Positions 26,195 through 35,964 of a DNA stretch of 64,000 bases are shown here, one piece after another. Both the position numbers and the translations under genes were made by a program. Every line of letters begins with the position of its first letter. Position 1 is the stretch's first letter. This DNA is from Trueperaceae bacterium. Its GTDB lineage: Bacteria > Deinococcota > Deinococci > Deinococcales > Trueperaceae. Location of the stretch: positions 288,001 through 352,000 of the forward strand of contig JAXHNB010000005.1 in NCBI GenBank assembly GCA_034520945.1, read 5' to 3'. The notes under the pieces were generated by a model. That model saw only the letters and a list, made by a program, of their open reading frames with translations, had not been told where the DNA came from and did not search any database.

Positions 26195-26198
26195 GGAC

Positions 26199-26228
26199 TT
26201 GACAGGTCGTGCTCGGTTCGCATAGGAT
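26199..26228 (+). promoter_or_regulatory. Sigma-A promoter of groESL
   Basis: TTGACA (26199-26204), 18 nt spacer, TAGGAT (26223-26228). Confidence 0.72.
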
Positions 26229-26236
26229 AGCCCAAG

Positions 26237-26263
26237 TTGGCACTCACGCAGGAAGAGTGCCAA
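26237..26263. promoter_or_regulatory. CIRCE element (HrcA operator)
   Basis: Perfect inverted repeat TTGGCACTC-N9-GAGTGCCAA just downstream of the -10 box. Confidence 0.92.
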
Positions 26264-26313
26264 TCCTGCGTGGGCCCGCCCACGAACCCCACACCCATCT
26301 GTATGGAGGAGTC

Positions 26314-26601
26314 ATGACGCTGAAACCGCTCGGGGACAAGATCGTCGTCGAAGTGATCGAGGAGCCACAGACCACTGCGAGTGGGATCGTGCTGCCCGAC
26401 ACGGCACAAGAGAAGAGCCAGCGCGGCAAGGTGCTCGCCGTCGGCAGCGGCAAGCTGCTCGACAACGGTGAGCGCGCGCCGCTCGAGGTCAAGGAGGGCG
26501 ACACGGTCGTCTTCGCGAAGTACGGCGGGACCGAGATCAACCTCGACGGTCAGGAGTTGATGATCCTGAGCGAGCGGGACGTGCACGCCGTCGTCGCCTG
26601 A
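26314..26601 (+). CDS. groES: Co-chaperonin GroES
   Basis: [44 protein letters not shown]. Confidence 0.98.
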   Translation: MTLKPLGDKIVVEVIEEPQTTASGIVLPDTAQEKSQRGKVLAVGSGKLLDNGERAPLEVKEGDTVVFAKYGGTEINLDGQELMILSERDVHAVVA

Positions 26602-26670
26602 TCCCGAACGCTTCGGAACCCCCCGAGATCTCCCGAGACACGCTCTAGAAGCATCGAAAGAGGAACTGCC

Positions 26671-28341
<1,671 letters not shown>

Positions 28342-28384
28342 TCCAGCCCCCCACGCGGCCCACGGGCCGCCCGCCTGCACGTCA

Positions 28385-28422
28385 CATCGCGCCCCGGACC
28401 TCAGCTGGTCCGGGGCGCGATG
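28385..28422. terminator. Hairpin between convergent groEL and gpmI
   Basis: 16-bp perfect stem CATCGCGCCCCGGACC / GGTCCGGGGCGCGATG. Confidence 0.7.
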
Positions 28423-28465
28423 CTGGGCCGGCGTAGCCGCCACCGCACGCCCGCGTGCGCACGCT

Positions 28466-30037
28466 TCAGCGCAGCAGGGAGCGTCCCGTCATCTCCTCGG
28501 GGCAGGCTACGCCCAGCAGCCCCAGGATCGTGGGCGCCACGTCGCCCAGGACGCCGTCCTCGCGCAGCGCGACGTCGCCTGCGCCGACCAGCACGCACGG
28601 CACGGGATTGGTCGTGTGCGCGGTGTGCGGGCTGCCGTCCTCGTGTTTCATGCACTCGGCGTTGCCGTGGTCGGCGATGACGATGGCCGCGCCGCCCTTG
28701 GCCAGCACCGCGTCCAGGACCTCGCCCAGCCCGGCGTCGCTGGCTTCGCAGGCCGCCATGGCCGCCTCGAGGCTGCCCGTGTGGCCCACCATGTCGGGGT
28801 TGGCGTAGTTGATCAACACGAAATCGTCGTCGCGCTCGCGCAGGCGCCGCACGGTGGCGTCGGTCAGCTCGGGGGCGCTCATCTCCGGTTGCAGGTCGTA
28901 GGTGGCGACCTTCGGCGACGGGACGATCTCACGATCCTCGCCCGGAAACGGCTCCTCGACCTTGGCATTGAAGAAGTAGGTCACGTGCGGGTACTTCTCG
29001 GTTTCGGCCGTGTGGTACTGGCGCAGGCCCGCCTCGGACAACACCTCGGCCATGCACCGGTACACGGGGGGGAGCGCCAGCGCGTAGGGAACGTCCAGCG
29101 CCTCGTCGTACTGCATCAGCGTGGCGAACGCGATCTCCGGGACGCGGCAACGGGCGAAGGCGTCGAACGCCGGGCCGCCGGCGAGGGCGTGCGACAGTTG
29201 CCGCGCTCGATCGGCGCGGAAGTTGAAGAACAACGCCGCGTCGCCGTCCTGGATCGGTCCCAGCGGCGACCCGTTCTCCTCGATCACGGTCGGCGCCACG
29301 AACTCGTCGGTCTCGCCCCGCGCGTACGCGGCGGCGATCGCCGCGTCGGCACTGCCGGCGTGGTGTTCCGCGTCGCCGCACACCACCGCTTGGTACGCCC
29401 GCTCGGTCCGGTCCCAACGCCGGTCGCGGTCCATGGCGTGATAGCGGCCGGTCACGCTGGCGACGCGGGCGTCCAACTCGAGCGTCTCCATGTACGCGAC
29501 CAGTTCCTCCAGGAAGCCGCGCCCGGCGTCGGGCGCGGTGTCCCGGCCGTCCGTGAAGGCGTGGACGCGCACGCGCGCCACACCGTGCCGCTGCGCCAAC
29601 CCCAGCAAGCCGAACAGGTGCTTCAGGTCGCTGTGCACCCCGCCCCGGCTCACCAGGCCCATCAGGTGAAGCGTTCCCTCGCTGGCCTGGGCGCACACCT
29701 TGGTGAGCACCTCGTTCCGGTCCAGCGAACCGTCGTCGATGCGGTCCTGCACGAAGCTCAAACTCTGCTGCACCACGCGGCCGGAGCCCAGGTTCAGGTG
29801 GCCGACCTCGCTGTTCCCCATCTGCCCCTCGGGCAGACCGACGGCGCGTCCCGACGCCTGCAGCGACGTGTGCGGCGCATCGCGCCAGATGCGGTCGAAC
29901 ACGGGCGTGTCCGCCCGCGTCACGGCGTTGCCGGGCCCGCCTGGGGCCAGGCCGAACCCGTCCAGGATCACCAGCGCGACGGGGCGACGCGACGGCGTGG
30001 ACGACGTTGCGGATGAAGGTGTGGACGGGTGGGACAT
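28466..30037 (-). CDS. gpmI: 2,3-bisphosphoglycerate-independent phosphoglycerate mutase
   Basis: LVILDGFG, GQMGNSEVGH, DGRDT, AETEKYPHVT, NPDMVGHTG, ADHGN. Confidence 0.97.
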   Translation of the reverse strand: MSHPSTPSSATSSTPSRRPVALVILDGFGLAPGGPGNAVTRADTPVFDRIWRDAPHTSLQASGRAVGLPEGQMGNSEVGHLNLGSGRVVQQSLSFVQDRIDDGSLDRNEVLTKVCAQASEGTLHLMGLVSRGGVHSDLKHLFGLLGLAQRHGVARVRVHAFTDGRDTAPDAGRGFLEELVAYMETLELDARVASVTGRYHAMDRDRRWDRTERAYQAVVCGDAEHHAGSADAAIAAAYARGETDEFVAPTVIEENGSPLGPIQDGDAALFFNFRADRARQLSHALAGGPAFDAFARCRVPEIAFATLMQYDEALDVPYALALPPVYRCMAEVLSEAGLRQYHTAETEKYPHVTYFFNAKVEEPFPGEDREIVPSPKVATYDLQPEMSAPELTDATVRRLRERDDDFVLINYANPDMVGHTGSLEAAMAACEASDAGLGEVLDAVLAKGGAAIVIADHGNAECMKHEDGSPHTAHTTNPVPCVLVGAGDVALREDGVLGDVAPTILGLLGVACPEEMTGRSLLR

Positions 30038-30067
30038 GGGGACATCCTCCAGTTCGGGCCGCGGGCC

Positions 30068-30904
30068 TCAGGCCCAGCGGCGCAGGGCACGCGCGACGCG
30101 CGGGTCGAGCCCGCCTACGTCGTCCAGGTTCACGTCGAAGGGGTCGCAGCCGCGCGCCAGCGCGACGCGGTTGCGGGCGGCGGCCGCCAACTGCGGCGCC
30201 AACCGCGGCGAGGCCAGCACCTCCGGCAGGAGCTCCAGCATGCGGGCGTCCAGCCGTTCCACCGCCAGATCGCGGGCGACCGCCCGCTCGTCGTCCCCGA
30301 ACGCGCCCATGGCGAGGGTCGGATCGAGCGCCAGTCCCTCGGCCGCGCGCACCACGCGGGGGGCGGCTCGGTGGCGGCGGCAGGCGTCGCACGGTTGTGT
30401 ACCGGGGGACAGCGCCCCGCAGTGCGGGCACGGGGTCCAACCATCCGCGCGGGCGCGAACGCGGTGGCGGAGCATGGCGTGCGCCGCCGCCAGGGTGGGG
30501 CCCGCCACTCCGTCGGGCAGGTCCAGCCGGCCGAGCTCGCGCTCGAGGGCGGACGATTCCGCCTCGTCCACGGCCGGCGGGGCAGGGGGCGCCGGCGGCG
30601 CCTCCGCAGCGCTGGGTCGGCCGGCGCGAAAGCGGATGTCACGGACGTCGCGTTGCCCGAAGCGTTCCCGGTACGCCTCCAGGAACTGCTCGCGCTGCAG
30701 CGACAGGTGCATGGCGGTCTCGCTGTCCGGCACGTCGACGAACAGCACGCCGCCCTCGAGGGCGCGCGCGGTGGTGAAACGGGCCATCTTCGCGCCCACG
30801 ATCCGTGGCCAAGCCAAGACCGCTTCGGCGCGCCGAACCGCACGGCGCATGCCGCCCCGCCGGAACACCTCACTGATCAGGTCCCGGACGTGCTTCTCAG
30901 GCAC
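30068..30904 (-). CDS. DUF721/DciA family protein with Zn-knuckle and C-terminal extension
   Basis: AWPRIVG..ARFTTA..LEGGVLFVDV..AMHLSL..DIRFR; CPHC...CDAC; immediately downstream of recF. Confidence 0.8.
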   Translation of the reverse strand: MPEKHVRDLISEVFRRGGMRRAVRRAEAVLAWPRIVGAKMARFTTARALEGGVLFVDVPDSETAMHLSLQREQFLEAYRERFGQRDVRDIRFRAGRPSAAEAPPAPPAPPAVDEAESSALERELGRLDLPDGVAGPTLAAAHAMLRHRVRARADGWTPCPHCGALSPGTQPCDACRRHRAAPRVVRAAEGLALDPTLAMGAFGDDERAVARDLAVERLDARMLELLPEVLASPRLAPQLAAAARNRVALARGCDPFDVNLDDVGGLDPRVARALRRWA

Positions 30905-31946
30905 GGGGCGACACCTCGCCGTCCGCCACCCGCAGCATCGATGCGGCGTGCGGCGGGGCCTCCGTGCCGGACACCAGCGCCTGGGGACTTCGCTCGGTGA
31001 GGGCCAACAGGTAGCGGCGCCGGTCCGGGTCCAGTTCGGCGGAGAAGTCGTCCAACAGCAGGATGGGCGCCTCGCCGTGCTTGTCCTCCAGCAGCCGGTA
31101 TTCACTCACCCGCAACGCCAACGCCACCGTGCGCGCCTCCCCCCGAGAGCCGAAGGTGTGCACGCTCCGCTGGTCCAGCGCCAGCACCAGGTCGTCGCGG
31201 TGCGGCCCCACTACCGTTACGCCGCGCGCCCGTTCCTCGGCGGCCGCCTCGCGCAGCGCCTGCCGTAGCGGCAGCTCCCCTTGGGCGCGCACCAAGCAGA
31301 GCCCCAACGTCTTGTCACCGCCCGCGATTTCGGCGTAGGCCGCCCGGGCCAAGTCGTGGGCACGCTGAATCATTCGTTGCCGCAGCCGGCCGATCTCGTC
31401 GCCCACCTCGGCCAAACGATCGCTGAAGGCGTCCAGCATGGCGGGGTCGCCGCCGCCTCGCAGCACGGCGTTGCGCTGTTCGAGCAGCTTGGCGTACTCG
31501 CGCGACAGCGCCGCGTGCCGTGGGGAGATCCTGTCCAGAAGGTCGTCCATCCAGGCGCGCCGACCCGAGGGGCCGCCGTGCACCAGGTCGGCGTCCTCGG
31601 GCGTGATGCGTACCGCCGCCGCGACGCGGGACAGGTCCACGCGCCGCACCGCCTGCCCGTCCAGGCGCAGCAGCTTGCGGCCCGCCGCCAGCCCGACGTG
31701 CACCTGCGACGTCCCGTCCGTGTGCGCGACCTCGGCGGCCACGAATCCCTCCTCCAACCCCCAGCGGAGCGCGTCGCCGATGCGGCCACGCGGCAGGTCG
31801 CCGCTGGATGCGAGGTAGCAGGCGTCCAGCAGGTTGGACTTGCCGGCCGCGTTGGGCCCCACCACGGCGGTCACCCCGGGCTCGAAGGCGAGCTCCGGGG
31901 TGGACAGGTTGCGAAACCCGTACTGGCGGAGGCTCCGCAGGATCAC
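30897..31946 (-). CDS. recF: DNA replication and repair protein RecF
   Basis: FRNL, GPNAAGKSNLL, QRNAVL, GPHRDDL, GSRGEAR, LLLDDFSAELD. Confidence 0.95.
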   Translation of the reverse strand: MILRSLRQYGFRNLSTPELAFEPGVTAVVGPNAAGKSNLLDACYLASSGDLPRGRIGDALRWGLEEGFVAAEVAHTDGTSQVHVGLAAGRKLLRLDGQAVRRVDLSRVAAAVRITPEDADLVHGGPSGRRAWMDDLLDRISPRHAALSREYAKLLEQRNAVLRGGGDPAMLDAFSDRLAEVGDEIGRLRQRMIQRAHDLARAAYAEIAGGDKTLGLCLVRAQGELPLRQALREAAAEERARGVTVVGPHRDDLVLALDQRSVHTFGSRGEARTVALALRVSEYRLLEDKHGEAPILLLDDFSAELDPDRRRYLLALTERSPQALVSGTEAPPHAASMLRVADGEVSPRA

Positions 31947-32082
31947 CCGATCAGCATACCGCCCGGCCCCGGCCCGCCGGGTGCCCGCGTCGACCCCCGG
32001 CGGTGCGCCGGCGGCCGCGTGCGGGCTCGGTGCGTCGGAGGGACGTCCGCCGCCGGGCATGCGGGCTGCTAGGCTGACGTTC

Positions 32083-33318
32083 ATGACCGTGCTGGATCCC
32101 GCTCGCCTGCGTGGCGACTTTCCCATTCTCGCGCGGGAGGTGCATGGCAAGCCGCTGATCTACCTCGACCATGCCGCCTCGTCGCAACGGCCCCGCGCCG
32201 TGCTGGATGCGTGGCGCCAGCACTACGAACGCCATCACGCCAACGTGCACCGCGGCGCGCATCAACTCTCGGCCGAGGCGACCGACCGCTACGAAGCGGC
32301 CCGGGTCGCCGTGGCCGACTTCCTGGGCGCGCCCACGGCACGGTCGCTGGTGTTCGTGCGCAACGCGACGGAGGGCATCAACCTGCTGGCCCGCGCCTGG
32401 GGCGACGCGAATTTGCGTGAGGGGGACGAGATCGTCGTCACGGTCGCGGAGCACCACGCCAACCTGGTGCCGTGGCAACAGGCGACGCAGCGCACGGGCG
32501 CCCGCATCCGAGCGGTCCCCTTGGGGCCGGATCAGCGCCTGGACATGGCGGCGTTGCGCGATGCGCTGGGGCCGGCCACGAAGGTGGTGGCCGTGCAGCA
32601 CGTCTCGAACGTGCTCGGCATCGAACATCCCCTGGCCGAGATCCGTGCGGCCGCGCGCGAGGTGGGTGCGCTCACGTTCGTGGACGGCGCGCAGGCCGCC
32701 CCGCACCTGCCGGTGGACCTCACCGCGCTGGACGTGGACGCCTACGCCGTCTCGGGCCACAAGATGCTCGGCCCGACCGGGATCGGTGCCGTGTGGGTGC
32801 GAGAGGACCTGCTGGAGGCCATGCCGCCCTTCCTCGGCGGGGGGGAGATGATCCGCACCGTCGACATCGAGCGCTCCACGTACGCCGACATCCCCATGCG
32901 ATTCGAGGCCGGCACCCCCGCTGTGGCGGAGGCGGTGGCGTGGGCCGAAGCGACCCGGTACCTTCAGGCGGTGGGCATGGAGGCGATCTGGGACCACAGC
33001 CGCGCGCTGGGGCGCCGCATGTTGGACCTTTTGGACGACGTCGAGGGGGTCACGACCTTCGGGCCGCGCGGGGACGATCGGGGTGGGATCGTGCCGTTCA
33101 CGCTCCAGGGCGTGCACCCGCACGACGTGGCCAGCGCGCTCGACGCGGAAGGGATCGCGGTTCGTGCGGGCCATCACTGCGCGCAACCGTTGATGCGCGC
33201 GCTCGGCGTGCCCTCGACCGTGCGGGCCAGCACGCACCTGACGACCACCGAGGAGGAGATCATTGCCTTCGCCGGGGCCGTTCGGGGCGCGCGCGACTTC
33301 TTCGCGGCGTTCGCCTGA
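32083..33318 (+). CDS. sufS: SufS family cysteine desulfurase
   Basis: YLDHAASSQRP, ANVHRGAH, SGHKMLGPTG, RAGHHCAQP. Confidence 0.95.
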   Translation: MTVLDPARLRGDFPILAREVHGKPLIYLDHAASSQRPRAVLDAWRQHYERHHANVHRGAHQLSAEATDRYEAARVAVADFLGAPTARSLVFVRNATEGINLLARAWGDANLREGDEIVVTVAEHHANLVPWQQATQRTGARIRAVPLGPDQRLDMAALRDALGPATKVVAVQHVSNVLGIEHPLAEIRAAAREVGALTFVDGAQAAPHLPVDLTALDVDAYAVSGHKMLGPTGIGAVWVREDLLEAMPPFLGGGEMIRTVDIERSTYADIPMRFEAGTPAVAEAVAWAEATRYLQAVGMEAIWDHSRALGRRMLDLLDDVEGVTTFGPRGDDRGGIVPFTLQGVHPHDVASALDAEGIAVRAGHHCAQPLMRALGVPSTVRASTHLTTTEEEIIAFAGAVRGARDFFAAFA

Positions 33319-33361
33319 TGCACGGGGGGCGCCCGCACCCGCCCCTCGAGGAGGCATCCCG

Positions 33362-33784
33362 GTGTTGATGGAGCAGATCTACAAGGAGGTGATCGTCTCG
33401 CGCAGCCGGCGGCCCCGGCGCCGCGGGACGGTAGAGCCCAGTACCGCGCGCCAGGAGGGCGTGAACCCGTCCTGTGGCGACGAGCTGGTGCTGAGCCTGC
33501 GCGTGGTGGACGGCGTGGTCGAGGAGGCCGCGTTCACGGGCCAGGGATGCGCCATCAGTCAGGCCAGCGCCGACCTGATGGCGGAGGCGATCGAGGGTCG
33601 CAGCGTCGAGGACGCCCGGGCCCTGTCCGAATCGTTCAAGGCGCTGATGCGCGGAGAGGAGCCCGCGATGGAGCTCGGCGAGCTCCGTGCCTTGGAGGGC
33701 GTCCGCAAGTTGCACGCCCGCGTGAAATGCGCGACGCTGCCGTTCACCACGCTGGACCAGGCGCTGGAGGGCGAAGGCGCCTAG
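33362..33784 (+). CDS. sufU: SufU Fe-S scaffold / sulfur-transfer protein
   Basis: NPSCGDE, GCAISQASA, RVKCATL; GAGGAGG RBS. Confidence 0.92.
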   Translation: MLMEQIYKEVIVSRSRRPRRRGTVEPSTARQEGVNPSCGDELVLSLRVVDGVVEEAAFTGQGCAISQASADLMAEAIEGRSVEDARALSESFKALMRGEEPAMELGELRALEGVRKLHARVKCATLPFTTLDQALEGEGA

Positions 33785-34314
33785 CCGGAGCCGTCGTCCG
33801 GGGGGCCGTGCCGGTCTGGCGCACCGGGTGCGCGGGCGGCGCTCTCCTCGTCCAACAGGACATCGCTGGCGTCCTGATCATTCAGGTCCTCGTCGCCGAT
33901 GCGGCTCGCGCGCGCGTCCAGGCTGCGCTCGAATGCGTGCAGCATGCCGCGGAACTGCTCGCGGAACGAGTCCTGCAGGCTTCGTAGGCGGGCCAGTTCG
34001 GTCTTGGCGTCGCGCAGATCGGCCTCGGCCTCTCGCTTGATGAGCGCCGCCTCCGTGCGGGCGCTCTCCTTGATCTGGTTGCCGACCCGCTCCGCCGCGA
34101 TGACGGCCTGACGCAGGTCGCTCTCGGCCTGCTGGAGCTCCTCGATGCGGGCGGCCTGGTGTTCGAGCCGCTCGCGCAACGCCTGCACCTCCTTGAGCAG
34201 GTCCTCCCGCTCGGACGCGATCCGTTCCAGGAAAGCGCGAACCTGCGCCGGGCGGTACCCCGACACGCCGCGTTCGAACTCCATGTGCTGGATGTCCAGG
34301 GGGCTGAGCCTCAT
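33781..34314 (-). CDS. DivIVA domain protein
   Basis: MRLSPLDIQHMEFERGVSGYRPAQVRAFLERI followed by a coiled coil. Confidence 0.88.
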   Translation of the reverse strand: MRLSPLDIQHMEFERGVSGYRPAQVRAFLERIASEREDLLKEVQALRERLEHQAARIEELQQAESDLRQAVIAAERVGNQIKESARTEAALIKREAEADLRDAKTELARLRSLQDSFREQFRGMLHAFERSLDARASRIGDEDLNDQDASDVLLDEESAARAPGAPDRHGPPDDGSG

Positions 34315-35024
34315 CGTCTCCTCCTCGCCTCGCCGGGCGGCGGTTCGTGCCGCGGCGTGGCGGACTGCGCGGCGGCCCCCTCGAACAGCGCGCTTCCGAT
34401 CCGGACCATGGTGGCGCCCTCCTCGATGGCGACCTCGAAGTCCCGGCTCATGCCCATGGACGCCTCGTGCAGGCCCAGCTCGTCGCGCAGGCGCCGCAGC
34501 CGCCGGAACCCGTCGCGCGCCCCCTCGGGGTCGTCGAGGAAGGGCGCCATCGCCATCAGGCCCACCACGTCGACGTGCTCCAGCTCGCGACAGTGCGCCA
34601 CTAGCGCCTTCGCCGCGCCTGGCGGCACGCCACGCTTGCGCGACTCGCCGAACGCGTCCACCTCGACCAACGCGCGAAAGGTGTGACCCCGACGCGCGCC
34701 CTGCTCGTTCATGGCGTCCGCCAGGCGCGGCGCGTTGAGCGAGTGCACCCAGCCGACGGCGCCGTCCACCAGGTACTTCACCTTGTTGCGCTGCAGATTG
34801 CCCACGAAATGCCAACGCACCCCCGGTGGCACGGCGTCCTTCTTGTCCCGCCACTCCTGCACCCGGTTCTCGCCCAGGTCCCGCACGCCGCCCTCCGCCA
34901 GCAGCGACGCGATCTCGTCCGCGTCCCGGCCCTTGGTGACCGCCACCAGCCGCACCTCGTCCACCGAACGGCCGGCGCGCCGGCAGGCAGCGTCGATGCG
35001 GGCCCGCACCTCGGGAAGGCTCAT
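34311..35024 (-). CDS. yggS: PLP homeostasis protein YggS
   Basis: LVAVTK, GENRVQE, WHFVGNLQRNK, GLMAMAP, SMGMSRDF, GATMVRIGS. Confidence 0.95.
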   Translation of the reverse strand: MSLPEVRARIDAACRRAGRSVDEVRLVAVTKGRDADEIASLLAEGGVRDLGENRVQEWRDKKDAVPPGVRWHFVGNLQRNKVKYLVDGAVGWVHSLNAPRLADAMNEQGARRGHTFRALVEVDAFGESRKRGVPPGAAKALVAHCRELEHVDVVGLMAMAPFLDDPEGARDGFRRLRRLRDELGLHEASMGMSRDFEVAIEEGATMVRIGSALFEGAAAQSATPRHEPPPGEARRRR

Positions 35025-35860
35025 AACTGCGGCAGGATCGCCCGCACCAGGCGCCGGAAGGTCGGCCCCACCTCGCGGGCCTTCATCAGCACGTCGTCGC
35101 TTTCTACGTGGTGGCCGGCGTCCGGGAGGGCCATGTCGGTGATGGTGGACAGGCCCAGCACCCGCATTCCCTCGTGGCGTGCGGCCAGCACCTCGAACAC
35201 GGTGGACATGCCGATCGCATCGGCGCCCCACGCCCGGAACATGCGCAGCTCCGCGCGCGTGGCGTAGCTCGGTCCGCTGACCGCGAGGTAGACCCCTTCC
35301 CGCAACGACACGTCGAGGCGCCGTGCGGTCTCCCGCGCGAGCTCCAGGTAGGCGGGATCGTAGGCGTCGAACATCACCGGGAACCGCGGGCCCAGCGCAT
35401 CGTCGTTCGGGCCGATCAGCGGGTTCTGGAAGGTGTGGTTCACGAAGTCGACCTGCAACATCAGCTCGCCCGCCCGGAAGTGCGGATTCAACCCCCCGCA
35501 GGCGTTGGACACCAGCAGCGCCTCGGCCCCCAACGCGTGCATCACGCGCACGGGGAACGCCACCTGGGCGCTCGGATAGCCGTCGTAGGGGTGAACGCGC
35601 CCCCGCATGGCGACGACGGGCCGGCCGTCCAGCCGGCCCAGCACCAAGCGGCCGTCGTGTCCGGGCGCGCTCGAGACGGGGAAGCCCGGCACGTCCGCGA
35701 AGGGGAGTTCCGCCTCGGGGTCGATCTCGTCGGCCAGGGGACCCAGCCCGGATCCCAGCACCAACGCGACCTCCGGCACGATCTCGGTGTGCGCTCGGAT
35801 GGCCTGCACGGCCGCGCTTCGCAACGGTTCTGCACGCAGGAAGTCGTGGGACGGCTGCAT
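35021..35860 (-). CDS. Purine nucleoside phosphorylase (trimeric PunA/XapA type)
   Basis: VLGSGLG, GHDGRL, GRVHPY, NACGG, GPSYAT.AE, GADAIGMSTV. Confidence 0.93.
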   Translation of the reverse strand: MQPSHDFLRAEPLRSAAVQAIRAHTEIVPEVALVLGSGLGPLADEIDPEAELPFADVPGFPVSSAPGHDGRLVLGRLDGRPVVAMRGRVHPYDGYPSAQVAFPVRVMHALGAEALLVSNACGGLNPHFRAGELMLQVDFVNHTFQNPLIGPNDDALGPRFPVMFDAYDPAYLELARETARRLDVSLREGVYLAVSGPSYATRAELRMFRAWGADAIGMSTVFEVLAARHEGMRVLGLSTITDMALPDAGHHVESDDVLMKAREVGPTFRRLVRAILPQL

Positions 35861-35964
35861 GCCGCACCATAACCCCCGCCGGGGTCCGCCGAGCGGCCCG
35901 ATTCCCGTCGCGACCCCGAGCGCGCCGCCCATGTCGTTCTCACCTCGCTCGGTACACTGGCGGC

